Part shown: positions 12,008-25,566 of the stretch, piece after piece | Numbering within the stretch: the first letter of the stretch is position 1 | Layout of the letters: each line of letters starts with the position of its first letter | Source of the DNA: Haliotis rufescens | Lineage: Eukaryota | Length of the DNA: 64,000 bases | Assembly: GCF_023055435.1 (NCBI RefSeq) | Contig: NW_025963813.1 | Span: 17,546,001 to 17,610,000, forward strand | Reading direction: 5' to 3' | Program-made: the position numbers and the translations under genes | Notes under the pieces: generated by a model | Database searches by the model: none | What the model saw: only the letters and a program-made list of their open reading frames with translations | Told to the model about the DNA's origin: nothing

Positions 12008-15000
12008 TCATTCACATATGAGCAAAGAAGGAAGAGTTGTTATTTCATTCGGTTGGTGCGCGACTGTTGTTAACCTTACAGTGTGGAAGAAACAGCTAAA
12101 CCATGACTGCGTGTCAGAAATCGAGTCTTTGCCAGGCAAACTATTTGCTCCATGTCATATGAACAAAATGACAATGTTGGTACAGTAAACGTATGTTTAA
12201 ACCAGTAGAAAACCTGGTTACACAATTGAACCAATTCATCAAAACACCAGTTATAATTTTACTATGTCAACGGAGTCCAAAAGAAGTTTTTTAAGGCTTA
12301 TCTGTTATTTCCTAAATCTTTATTTCACTAGTAGATTCACGGTTCTCAAATATTCATGAGCAAACGTCCAAAGATCAAGACTTATTCAATCAAGACTGTC
12401 ACTATCGCCTTTCTTCACATGGACACCACGACAGACCCATCCCTTGTGTCTAAAAACAATTGTCTGGTTTCCTTGTGATTGTGTTATGTATCTGTACATT
12501 ACTCATCTTCGAAGATCACAAATGACACTCATGAGTTCCCTCAAGGAGGTAATTGCGTTTCTTTATCCACCCCAACTTATAGGGACAGGTAATAAAAGGA
12601 ATGGAGTTTGTCTGGCCGTTTTTCCGTCCGTTTATCAATGGGGACAAATATTCTTAAAAACTCAAATTTAGAGAAATGAAATTATACCCACTGACCTCAA
12701 ATAGGTGGGAAAATTGGTGTCTTAAGTATTTTTCCAGTGTTACGTCTATTGCAACTTGTTTTCAGATTTTGTGCATCCTGTCTTCGGTAAGGTTTTCCTG
12801 AGAAACTGCTTGAAAGTTTGCATGCTTATAAGAGATACTTGTTTTGTAGTTAGCATTAACTTCCATATTATTCACCACCATATGCACAAACAAAATTCTA
12901 ATGTGCCCGTGGCGGGGGATCGTGTTAACGCTGTTTTATTGCTGTTTTCATGACACCTCAAAACCATTGCAGTAGTGAATGCATACTCAATTGAAAACTA
13001 AACACATAACATATATTCATGATCTTCATTTCTAGTTAATGACAAGTAAGACGTCCGTCTGTTTAGTTCTTCAATGAACAAGCAGTACAACAAATCTGAC
13101 GAAAATGCAAAACAATGCAAAACAAAATACATGCAGCAATCTATACATTTCCATATATTATTTCCAAAACAATATGTGAAATGCTAGACATCCTCAGTGA
13201 TAACAGATGTGTTAAATGTTGGGGTAAGACATTTAGGCAAGAGGTAAGCATCCCCATGGGTACTAATTGTGCCTGATCTGTTTCTTTATGCATATTGATC
13301 GGAATATCTAAATGGAATGATTAGATGAAAATAGAGGGAATTTGGCTTAGAAGATATATCAATGATCTGATATCGTCAATTTGCTTCCACTGATTTACCC
13401 CCTGATTTGTCTGACCACGGACATTTATGTACGTTTGCCCTTTCAGTTAATTTCCTGGTTGAAAATGAATAAAAGTAATTATGTTTATCCACCAAAACAC
13501 GTATGTCTGTTTCTATGTGGATTGTCTCAGAACGAATTAAAGACCCTTATTTTCGGATTCTCATATAACTGCTTGTGACGAAAGACATCATCAAGACGCC
13601 AATCTAAAATGAAAACAGTAATTACGATTGTTCTATGACCGTATTAAGACACGAGAAGTATGTATTTTTACCTGAAAAATTCCGCCCTTGACACATGATA
13701 TTGATCGAGATGTCCTGATAGCCATGATATGAAAAACAACATATAATGAAACATTTACAAAACATGCTTTCATCTTAATTGTGTTATAATTTAGTACCAC
13801 GTGGGGGATCCTACAATGGGAAAATGCAATGTCAGATTGACAGCTGCATTCAACGCTAATGATTAAGGAAAATTGCTTTTCAAAGCTCATCTGTGGACTT
13901 CGTGATCACACTGTGAGTTGTGTGATGCCCTAAATTCCCAGATGACAACTCAAAAAGAGAATTTGTCATCGATTATCAGGTCTGTTCTTTAATACATCAT
14001 TCATTTCCTATTACATGTTTTATATTTGATCAAATACCGTTTCCAATATTAGACGACTATCACGGATAAAGGTCGTATCAAATATATGTAAACTGTCAAC
14101 GCAGAGAATAATCAGTCTCGGCTATCTGTCGAAACATTCCATTCGGCGTAAAAGGCAAAATAGTGGTGAAACGTATATGAATGAATGGGCAGGCATGTTC
14201 CTCATCCATGCGGTAGCAGCCGCCACTCAGCACAAGTTTAAGTCTCGTTAACTCCAGAAATATATCTAGGTTCAAATCATTTTCTCTCTTTTCTGCTTTT
14301 AGAAAAGAATTATTGAAAATTTTCAACAGATTTCTGATTTCATGCTGATAAACCGCGGAACTGTATATGGTAACTGTATTTGCTTTCATTCTCGACAAAT
14401 TGACCTGTACCTCTGAAGATAGATATGTGATCATTCACATATGAGCAAAGAAGGAAGAGTTGTTATTTCATTCGGTACGTGCGCGACTGTTGTTAACCTT
14501 ACAGTGTGGAAGAAACAGCTAAACCATGACCGCGTGTCAGAAATCGAGTCTTTGCCAGGCAAACTATTTGCTCCATGTCATATGAACAAAATGACAATGT
14601 TGGTACAGTAAACGTATGTTTAAACCAGTAGAAAACCTGGTTACACAATTGAACCAATTCATCAAAACACCAGTTATAATTTTACTATGTCAACGGAGTC
14701 CAAAAGAAGTTTTTTAAGGCTTATCTGTTATTTCCTAAATCTTTATTTCACTAGTAGATTCACGGTTCTCAAATATTCATGAGCAAACGTCCAAAGATCA
14801 AGACTTATTCAATCAAGACTGTCACTATCGCCTTTCTTCACATGGGCACCACGACAGACCCATCCCTTGCGTCTAAAAACAATTGTCTGGTTTCATTCTG
14901 ATTGTGTTATGTATCTGTACATTACTCATCTTCGAAGATCACAAATGACACTCATGAGTTCCCTCAAGGAGGTAATTGCGTTTCTGTATCCACCCCAACT

Positions 15001-16888
15001 TATAGGGACAGGTAATAAAAGGAATGGAGTTTGTCTGGCCGTTTTTCCGTCCGTTTATCAGTGGGGACAAATGTTCTTAAAAACACAAATTTAGAGAAAT
15101 GAAATTTTACCCACTGACCTCAAATAGGTGGGAAAATTGGTGTCTTAAGTATTTTTCCAGTGTTACGTCTATTGCAACATGTTTTCAGATTTTGTGCATC
15201 CTGTCTTCGGTAAGGTTTCCTGAGAAACTGCTTGAAAGTTTGCATGCTTATAAGAGATACTTGTTTTGTAGTTAACATTAACTTCCATATTATTCACCAC
15301 CATATGCACGAACAAATTTCAAATGTCCCCCATGGCGGGGGATCGTGTTAACGCTGTTTTATTGCTGTTTTCATGACACCTCAAAACCATTGCAGTAGTG
15401 AATGCATACTCAATTGAAAACTAAACACATAACATATATTCATGATCTTCATTTCTAGTTAATGACAAGTAACACGTCCGTCTGTTTAGTTCTTAAATGA
15501 ACAAGCAGTACAACAAATCTGACGAAAATGCAAAACAATGCAAAAGAAAACACATGCAGCAATCTATACATTTCCATATATTATTTCCAAAACAATATGT
15601 GAAATGCTCGACATCCTCAGTGATAACAAATGTGTTAAATGGTGGGGTAAGACATTTAGGCAAGAGGTAAGCATCCCCATGGGTACTAATTGTGCCTGAT
15701 CTGTTTCTTTATGCATATTGATCGGAATATCTAAATGGAATGATTAGATGAAAATAAAGGAATTTGGCTTAGAAGATATATCAATGATCTGATATCGTCA
15801 ATTTGCTTCCACTGATTTACCCCCTGATTTGTCTGACCACGGACATTTATGTACGTTTGCCCTTTCAGTTAATTTCCTGGTTGAAAATGAATTAAAGTAA
15901 TTATGTTTCACCACCAAAACACGTATGTCTGTTTCTATGTGGATTGTCTCAGAACGAATTAAAGCACCTTATTTTCGGATTCTCATATAACTGCTTGTGA
16001 CGAAAGACATCATCAAGACGCCAATCTCAAATGAAAACAGTAATTACGATTGTTCTATGACCATATTAAGACACGGGAAGTATGTATTTTTACCTGAAAT
16101 ATTCCGCCCTTGACACATGATATTGATCGAGATGTCCTGATAGCCATGATATGAAAAACAACATATAATGAAACATTTACAAAACATGCTTTCATCTTAA
16201 TTGTGTTATAATTTAGTACCACGTGAGGGATCCTACAATGGGTAAATGCAATGTCAGACTGACAGTTCCATTCAACGCTAATGATTAAGGAAAATTGCTT
16301 TTCAAAGCTCATCTGTGGACTTCGTGATCACGCTGTGAGTTGTGTGATGCCCTAAATTCCCAGATGACAACTCAAAAAGAGAATTTGTCATCGATTATCA
16401 GGTCTGTTCTTTAATACATCATTCATTTCCTATTACATGTTTTATATTTGATCAAATACCGTTTCCAATATTAGACGACTATCACGGATAAAGGTCGTAT
16501 CAAATATATGTAAAATGTTAACGCCAGAGAATAATCAGTCTCGGCCATCTGTCGAAACATTCCATTCGGCGTAAAAGGCAAAATAATCGTGAAACGTATA
16601 TGAATGAATCACTGAAAGCGATGACATCACGTGTTCGCGAAATGGGCAGGCATGTTCCTCATCCACGTGGTAGCAGCCGCCACTCAGCACAAGTTTAAGT
16701 CTCGTTAACTCCAGAAATATATCTAGGTTCAAATCATTTTCTCTCTTTTCTGCTTTTATAATAAAAATATTGAAAATTTTCAACAGATTTCTGATTTCAT
16801 GCTGATAAACCGCGGAACTGTATATGGTAACTGTATTTGCTTTCATTCTCGACAAATTGACCTGTACCTCTGAAGATAGATATGTGAC
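12008..16888 (+). repeat. Tandem duplication, 2 x ~2.42-2.46 kb
   Basis: 12008-14430 and 14431-16888 are nearly identical. Junction gatatgtga|tcattcacat. Confidence 0.97.
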
Positions 16889-17190
16889 TGTATCCGTGGT
16901 CACCACGTTTTGTTACAAAAGCCCAATGGATTAATAAATTAAGTTTTTCCTGAAGTTTGTCATGAGGGATAGTGGTGCACAAAGTTGAAAAGGTTTTGAC
17001 AGAATAGAACGTGGTTCTTTTCTAAGATTGAATAAAATCAATCAAATCCTTTGCGGTTTTGAGAATCAACATCAAAATTGCCACTTGTCTCAAATACAAC
17101 CTGTGAATAGAGAGAAAATCCTTCTGTTTGTATTGAGGATTATGGTCAATCTCTGAGACAGTGCCATGGTGGTATATTTGCTGAACCCAA
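16460..17190 (-). mobile_element. Penelope-like RT fragment
   Basis: FSTLCTTIPHDKLQEKL resembles the DFSTLYTTIPH motif. Part of it is duplicated at ~14040-14430. Confidence 0.75.
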
Positions 17191-17539
17191 CAACTGATAA
17201 CCTACAACTGAAAGAGGTCGATATTAAAATTTACACTTAAAAAATGTATTTTGACTTGGTATTCAACGCGATGAAGCTAAGGAGAACCACATTGGAAATG
17301 CATTTAAACTTCTGATATTTAAGCCTTGAAGAAGGATAGACTTTCAGATGAGCAGTGTTCGGAAGCGAATAAAGAAAGATGTCCAAGAATTAATGAAAAA
17401 ATACTTTGGGTATTCTTTAGTCCTTAATATATAGGTATAAATTAGAACGTAAAAATTACTGCATATTTGATAGATGCGACTGCGAAATGTGAGACTGGAT
17501 AAAGACAACCTAGTTTGACTTGAGACACCTCGGGCAGTA

Positions 17540-18330
17540 TAAAGTTAATGCCAGAAAATCTTGGTGTAATCATGGACTGTCGCTTCAATTTGAGTGAGTG
17601 AGTGAGTATGGTTTTATTCCAGCAATATCACGGCGGGGGACACCAGAAATGGGTTTCAACCATTGTAACCCATGCCGGGAATCGAACCCGGATCTTCGGC
17701 GTAGCGAGCGAAAGCTTTGACTGCTAGGCTACCCGACCGCCCCCGCTTCAATTTGAAGAGGCATGTGAACTCCAATTAATAATCGACCTATCACAAAATC
17801 AGAAACATCAGTCAAATCATTCGCTGAGTTTACAGGTGTTTGATTGAAAGTCTAGTAAATGCCATGGTCACATTTTGGCTACACTATTGTAATAGTTTGC
17901 TTTATTGCATCCAGTAGAATCAGCTAGACAAGTTGCAACGTGTCCGTAAACCAGATCTCAAGTGTATAACACACAGTCAAATATGCACACATCATACCAG
18001 TTCTGAAAAATCTTCATTGGCTCCCTGTACGCCAGTGGATCGCATTCAAACTTCTGACCATGGTCTTCAAGTCTCGTATCTGCAAGAACTAATCACCATC
18101 TACAAGCCAAAGAGACGTCTTCGATCAGCAGATCAAGTACAGCTCACATCCAAGAACATTGATGACAGAGCTTTCCAGAATCTGTTCTGTGGAATTTCCT
18201 TTCATTTGTCATCAGAAACCTAGACTATGTCAACTCATTCAAGACATAATCCACCTTTTGCACAAGCCTATAACTGAAAGCGCAAGTTTGAAAAGGGTGC
18301 TATATAAATATCTAATCCATTATTATTACC
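17540..18330 (+). mobile_element. L2/CR1-group LINE 3' remnant
   Basis: LHYCNSLL, LDKLQRV and HIIPVLKNLHWLPV motifs across frameshifts. Ends in short ATT repeats. Confidence 0.8.
17594..17743 (-). mobile_element. SINE family D (short, tRNA head, ACTC tail)
   Basis: A box gtagcctagcag, B box gggttcgattccc, TSD cgcttcaatttga. Confidence 0.9.
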
Positions 18331-19639
18331 TGAAGAGAAGCCAACAAACAATGCCTTTTTGGTAGATTCTCGGTCGTGTAATAATAGAGATACATTACGT
18401 AAACAATCGACGATGCTGATTATTCAAAAATTCGTATTCACGATTCGAAATCCGGTACATATGGTCATCGCGTCCTTATTCCTTTTGCACATCGTAAAAT
18501 GGCATTATTTTGCTGTTTTGCTTGGTTAATGACCCTGTTTGTTGAAAACAACGATGAATAATGTGCGATGGACCCCAGGGTGACTTGAATATTTCTGGTG
18601 GACAACTGACTCAAGCAATGTGAGGAATTTATCAACCTTATGTCACTGGTTTTAGAAATGAGCCTCTTACATAGATGTCGCATTGTTATGGAATCATAAT
18701 ATATTGCATAAACACACCTCTCACAAGTCAATATTAACTGAGTCTCATTGCCAAGTTTTGGTACGCTTTGACTGGCATAACAAACCAAACATTCAATCTA
18801 AATTAGTCGCCTCATTACTTTTCATAACATTTAAACACAGTCATAATAAACCATTGCCAGTGGCCAGAGCAACCAAGCCATGATAATTGAATATTATTTA
18901 TAAAATGTCAACCAAATAGAATTAACTGTTCCCAATCGTTTCCGTTGGATACAATTGGTCAGTTCTTTGGATATTAGATACGAAGGGTTTTGATAAACAA
19001 AAAAAACACATTAATAACAGATTATGTCAAATGAAAAGAGACATCTCGTGCAACCAGTGCTACAGAAAACAAACTTTCAGTTCATGCTTTAATGATCTAA
19101 ATGTCAAAAATATTAATTCATTATTCTGATTGATCGTCAAACATTTCAACAGAACAGAATCAGACTCTTATCAACCTTCTACCTCTTGTCATTGTTCGAA
19201 ATGTTCATGTTCAACACGCTGTCAGCCAAACGTGAAAATGCCATTCTGATGAAAATATGTCATGTTTCCTTCCAGTTTTGCTTTTGTGTCGACACAAAAT
19301 GAAACATCTAAGTCAATACCAGAATGAATTATTGTTTACATCTGCCATGTGAAGAAAAAACACAGAACCAATCAGTTTATACCGCACACTTTCAGCTGTT
19401 GTAATAGCCAGATAGAGAATCTCGTGAACCCTCGTATCTTTTGATATCGACACAATCTGCACGAGTTGATAAAACCTTTATCGACGGTTGTTGATATATT
19501 TGACATCAAAAGACACGAGGGTGATATTCTGTTTTTAATCCAACATCATTCTTTCAACTTGATCGGTTTTAAACAGTAATAATAACAGTGACATTAGGGT
19601 AAGAAGTACTGCCAACCAGTTTTTGTAGTAGAGTGATTA

Positions 19640-19872
19640 GTGATATTCCAGCAGTTTGACGGCGGTCTGTAAATAATCGAGTCTCGACCAGACAATCCAG
19701 TAATTGATATCATGAGCATCGATCCACTCAATTTGAATACGATGACGTGCCTCAACCAAGTCAGAGAAACCCTACAACCCGATCCTGTTTGTCGCCTCTT
19801 TCAACAAGCATAGTCGCCTTTTAAGGCAAGCATTGGTTTCCGGAGACCTATTCCAACCCCGATCTTTACGGG
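19640..19872 (-). mobile_element. Family B copy
   Basis: Homology to 60032-60296. Confidence 0.85.
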
Positions 19873-20104
19873 TGCATTTGATTGTGACGTCATTGTAGCC
19901 GATGACATCACAGTGGTCTGCAAAGCATTGTAATGTGATTTCACTGCAGCGATATATCCAATGGATATAGTGTTGGAAAAAAATATTAATCATTTTGCAA
20001 TATGCTTACTAAATTAACTCAAGACAAATAGCAACCTTACAACCTGAGGCACTCTTGAAGAGCAACCTCCTCGTGGTGAGTGCTGGGTAGCGCTAAAAGC
20101 TCTT

Positions 20105-20176
20105 CCCCCGTGTGGAACCGGGGCAGAATATTTCCACAGCACCCCATTGCTGGTCGTAAAAGGCGATTTAAGTGGG
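20105..20176 (+). promoter_or_regulatory. Structured RNA element in the LINE 5' UTR (stem + putative pseudoknot + hairpin)
   Basis: tgtggaa/ttccaca stem. Loop gggg can pair with downstream cccc. gtcg-taaaagg-cgat hairpin. Colinear with the head of short-element family B. Confidence 0.7.
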
Positions 20177-20732
20177 CAGCCCGTTTGCCGTGGGTGGCGT
20201 CCCTGTGTCGGCGGAGGACGGGAGTCTGGTAGTTGAAGGCACTGGTTCCTGGAACTGTGTTCCTTTGCCCAACACACTACATCGACCCTTACTTCGCCTG
20301 GACGGGTGGTAAGATGGGCCCGGTCTTATCAATCGGCTGGTCATGCCAGGCCCTGTGCGTAATATTGTATATGCATACCTGTGTTGTATTTTAATGTATA
20401 TTTTGGTCTTGGCCGTGCATAACTTGTGTGAATTCTCAATTTTGGATTGAATAAATTGCCTAGAGTCTTACGCCAGAAGGCGGTGGCGCATGGGCCAATC
20501 TGGTGATGTTGACCTCTGTATTCTGTATGTCTCCAGTTTCTTGTCATGGGCTGAATCTGCCTGGCAGTACATCTGGTAGATAAATATAGCTATTCAAGTC
20601 ATTTTTGCTGGAGTATAACATCCCTGTATCCCTGGTGTTTGCATCCTGGATATCCGGTGCAATATAACACTGTCCTTGTTGACACTCGATGGCGGGTGGG
20701 GAACAGGGGTGCTGAATCATTTTCTTTTCAAC

Positions 20733-21971
20733 ATGGCTCTCCCACAATCTGGTTCATCTCGTAATGAAAAAAAGAGACGTCTTGAGGAAATTGAAATTTC
20801 AACTGGAAATCTGTCTCAAAATATTGATTCCTGGGCTAAATTCCTGGTGATTGAGGCTACTGATAACTTACCCATCAAATTGAATCCTTTTGCTGTTTCT
20901 AAGGCTGTGTACGGGATTTGCGGTGAGGTCAAGAACGTCACCCGTCTCCGTAGTGGTTCGCTTCTTGTGTGCACGGAGACAGCTATCTCTCAATCTTTTA
21001 TCTATCTCTACCTTTGCCAATATTGAGGTTGCTGTGTCTGAGCACAGAACATATAATTCTTGTCGAGGCATTGTTCGTGACAGGGCTCAGTGTCTGTCGG
21101 ACATGTCTGAAGAAGAAATCGCTACGGAGTTGGAAGACCAGGCTGTTACTGCAGTTAAACGTTTTACATTCAAGAAGGACGGTGTCATCACCAATACAAA
21201 TACGTATCTCATGACGTTTGCCCGTACAACCCTTCCCCAGTCAATTAAAGCAGGTTACTTCAACATCGGAGTGGATGTGTATGTCCCCAATCCGCTCCGA
21301 TGCTACAAGTGTCAACGTTTCGGTCATGGCTCTAAATCCTGTCATAACTCTGTGGTATGTCATCGTTGCGGTGCCAACCATGAGAGCACTGACTGCGAAA
21401 CTGATTTGAAATGTGCTAATTGTTCTGGCCCACATGTTGCTTCATCCAAATCTTGCCCTGTGTGGCAGATTGAATCTAAAATAATGAAACTGAAATGTGA
21501 AAGGAACATACCCTACCTGGATGCAAAAGAACTATTGAAAGATCGATCAGACCACGACTCCATCAACTATTTCTTACTCCGCTGCAGTCTCACGCCCCGT
21601 AGCAACATCATATATTTCGTGTCAGACTGACTTGACATGGGTCAAGTCGGAACAACCTGTTGCTACTATTCCGAATTCCACTATTTCCAAACCTATTCCT
21701 GCCATCAGTCAATCAAGTTCAGGATCTCAGACTGAGATTCAGTCTAAGACACAATCGCAAACGTCTGGGAAACAACCAGTAAATCTGAAGAAAAAAAGAG
21801 AAAAAGAAATTAAATAGAAAACAGCCACCTATTGTCCCTTCGCCTTCAGAAGTTCCTTTACAGAACTCCTTTGGGCCTCTGGACATGGAGCTGACTCTGT
21901 CCTCTCAGGACAGGCGGAGGAGTAGTTCCTCCTCACATTCACGCGAGCGATCTCCAATTGAGCCACCATGA
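20733..21971 (+). pseudogene. LINE ORF1 (gag-like nucleic-acid-binding protein), frameshifted
   Basis: LRSGSLLV motif, YVPNPLRC and three zinc knuckles (CYKCQRFGHGSKSC, CHRCGANHESTDC, CANCSGPHVASSKSC). Split across frames. Confidence 0.92.
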
Positions 21972-24900
21972 CTCAGTTGTCCAATATAATACAGTGGAAT
22001 TGCAGAGGACTTAGGCGTAATTTTAATGAGATACAATTATTGATACAGGATCTTCAACCGTCAGCATTATGTCTTCAAGAAACATACCTGAAAACTACAG
22101 ATCAGTTTACCTTAAGACAGTAGGATGATTATCATTCCTTTTCTCCTCCTGGAGATAAAGCAACGGGAGGCTCAACTATCTTGGTGCGGCAGGGCATCAT
22201 ACATAGCCCTGTAGCTCTTAATACAAATCTTCAAACTGTTGCTGTTCGTCTGACTCTGCACATTGCTTTTATGCTGTGCTCCTTATATATCCCTCCTTCA
22301 TCTTACCTTCGACAGTCTGATCTTCAAAATCTATACGATCAACTTCCAAAGCCCTGCATAAACATGGGTGATCTGAACGGACACAACCCGTTCTGGGGAA
22401 GTACAAATGCTAATAATAAAGGAAAAATCATTGAGGATTTTCTTTTTGACAATAACTTATGTACCTTTAATGATGATTCCAGCACCTATTTACATCCAGC
22501 CACTGTAACTTATTCTGCCCTCGATCTGTCACTCACAGACTCAAACTTGTATAATGAATTTGCATGGTCAGTCATTTTCCCACTATACTTAAAACTGTTA
22601 ATCCTACTGATGAGCCACCATCATGCAGGTGGAACTTTACCAAGGCTAATTGGTCCTTATATGAGATACTGTGTACTGCCAAATTAAAACATGAAATTTT
22701 CCAGAATATTCCAGATCCGATACAGTTGTTTTCGGATTTACTGAGTGACATTGCTGACCAAACCATTCCTAAGTCCTCTGCGAATCCACATATTCGTAAA
22801 CCATGGTTTACTAATGACTGCAAACAGGCCAGAAAGTGTAGGAAGAAAGCAGAAAAATATTTTCGCAGACATCCTACAGTCCATAATCTGGATAGGGTTA
22901 AAATTACAAATGCCAAGGCACGACGTGCTTTTAAACAAAATAAGCGACAATCTTGGAGGAACTATGTCTCCAAGATAAATTCCCGTACACCCATGTCCAA
23001 GGTGTGGAACATGGTTCAGAAAATAAAAGGCAAAGGCTCAAAATCTTAAGATGATGATCAGGTATTAACTAATAAAACTGAAATTGCAAATAAACTTGGA
23101 GCAACGTTAGCCAAACATTCTTCATCATCAAATTATGTCCCGGAGTTTAGAAAATATCAGAAACAACAGGAAAAGAAAACAATACATTTTAATTCGGACA
23201 ATGGTGAAGACTATAATGAAGTATTTTCATTACATGAGCTACGTACTGCCCTTGGACAAGCTCAGGAGATGATAATATCCATTATCAGCTCTTGAAACAT
23301 TTGCCTGAATCATGTCTTGAAACCCTTTTAGACATCTTTGACCAGATATGGACTTCAGGGAATTTCCCTCCTTCGTGGCATAATGCCATTGTAGTCCCCA
23401 TACCAAAACCTGGCCGGGATCATACAGATCCCTCAAAGTACCGTCCTATATCTTTAACCAGTTTTGTCTGTAAGACCATGGAACGAATGGTAAATAATAG
23501 ATTAGTTTGGTATCTGGAAACAAACAATCTTATTACTAATATTCAATGTGGTTTCCGGAAAAACAGAAGTACTATAGATCATTTAGTACGGTTAGAATCC
23601 TTTGTTAAAAATGCTGTAGTAAATAAACAACACGTAGTATCAATATTCTTTGATCTCGAGAAAGCATACGATACTACCTGAAAGCACGGCATTTTACAGG
23701 ATCTACATGATTTTTTTAACTGACAGGCAATTTCAAGTCCGTGTGGGTACAACCCTGTCTGACCATTATAATCAGGATCAGAGTGTCCCACAAGGCAGTA
23801 TTCTGTCTGACACACTATTCAGTATCAAGATAAATAGTCTTTCAAAAGTTCTAAGCGATTCAGTAGATGGATCGCTGTTTGTGGATGATTTCAATATTTC
23901 TGGTCGTGGTAAAAACATGTCTGCTATTGAGAGACAACTACAATTGTGTCTGAATAAAATACATAAATGGTCACTTGCCAATGGCTTTAAATTTTTTCAA
24001 AAATAAAACAAATTGAATACATTTCTGCAGAAAATATAGACTGCATAAGGACCCAGAATTGTTTCTATCTGGCACTCCCATCAAAGTAGTTGAAGAGGCC
24101 AAGTTTCTCGGACAGATATTTGATCGTCATCTGACATTTCTACCACATATTAAATATCTAAAAGCAAAATGCTTGAAAACTCTTGACCTATTGAAAGTCG
24201 TATGAAACACCAAATGGGGAGGAGATCAGACAACCCTTCTCCATTTGTACAGATCACTTATTCGCTCAAAAGTGGATTATGGTTCCATCATTTATGGTGG
24301 AGCCTGTCAAAGTAATTTACAGAAATTAGATTCAATACATCATCAGGGATTGAGGCTCTGTCCTGGAGCATTCCGGACATCTCCTGTTGATAGTTTATAC
24401 GTGGAGGCCGATGAACCTTCCCTCAAACAACGCCGTCTTAAACTCGCATTACAATATATTACTAAATTACGCTCAAATACCTCTAATCCAGAATATAGTT
24501 GTGTTTTTTCTCCAATTTACGAAGAATTGTTTGAAAAAAACAACAACTTGTTCCACCTCTTGGGATCAGACTTAGACCACATATCATAGCAGCTAACATA
24601 GACCTAAATAATAGTGCACCATATCAGCTGCTGTCTACGCCTCCTTGGCAACTTGTTAAACCAGAGGTAGACCTAACACTTGCGAATTTAAAAAAATCAG
24701 AAACCAACCCATTAGTCTTCCAGCAGGAATATATCCAATTAAGATATAAATATGTTTGGCACCGCTCTATATTTACTGATGGATCGAAGGATTGTGGCAA
24801 CACTGCTAGTGCCACAGTTGTTGGATCAAAAATTATATCTTCTAGAATACCAAATAATAGTTCCATATTTACTGCTGAAGCCAATGCTAAACTGGCAGCA

Positions 24901-25566
24901 CTAGAATATATTCATCATCTAAGTAAATGTAAGCAGTTTATCATATTTTCCGATTCATTGTCATGCCTACAGGCACTAAAAAGTGTCAACTCGACTCATC
25001 CACTGATACTTGCTACTTTAGAATTATTTAATACCCTTGCAACTGGCCAATACGACATTGTCTTTTGTTGGTTGCAAAGCCATGTTGGAATTGTTGGCAA
25101 CACAATGGCTGATGCTGCAGCTAAAGCAGCACTCAACAAATCTGTGACACCACTTCTTCTTCCATACAGTGACTATAAGCCTGTTATCAGATGTTACATC
25201 AGGGACCCTATGCAAAAGAAGTGGGACACCCAAGTAGGTATAAATAAATTACATGAAATAACACCAACTATTGGTTGCACCTACTTGGGTTGTCAGTCCA
25301 GATTTGAAGAGGTCATTATGCGACGATGTCGTATTGGCCACAGCAGATATACCCACGAATACTTATTGAAAGGTGAGGATCCTCCATTCTGCATCCCTTG
25401 TGATGAAAGAATCATGGTCAAGCATGTCCTGCTTGACTGCATTGATTTTTCCATCACAAGGGATAAGTATTTCAAAATTACATCCATAAAGGATCTTTTT
25501 AATCAAATCAGTGCTCATTTAATCATCGGTTTTTTAAAAGAAATAGAATTAATAGATAAATTTTGA
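21968..25566 (+). pseudogene. LINE ORF2 (AP endonuclease, reverse transcriptase, RNase H, C-terminal zinc finger), with stops and frameshifts
   Basis: IIQWNCRG, CLQET, GDLNGH; YRPISLTS, QCGFR, FDLEKAYD, VPQGSILS, LFVDD; IFTDGSK, FTAEA, FSDSLS, WLQSHVGIVGNTMADAAAK; CIPC..H..C. Confidence 0.95.

Noticed and set aside
20105-20176. HDV-like ribozyme assignment
   Set aside because: The hairpin followed by (c/t)taa looks like P4-J4/2, but there is no room for P2-P3-L3 between the candidate P1 strands.
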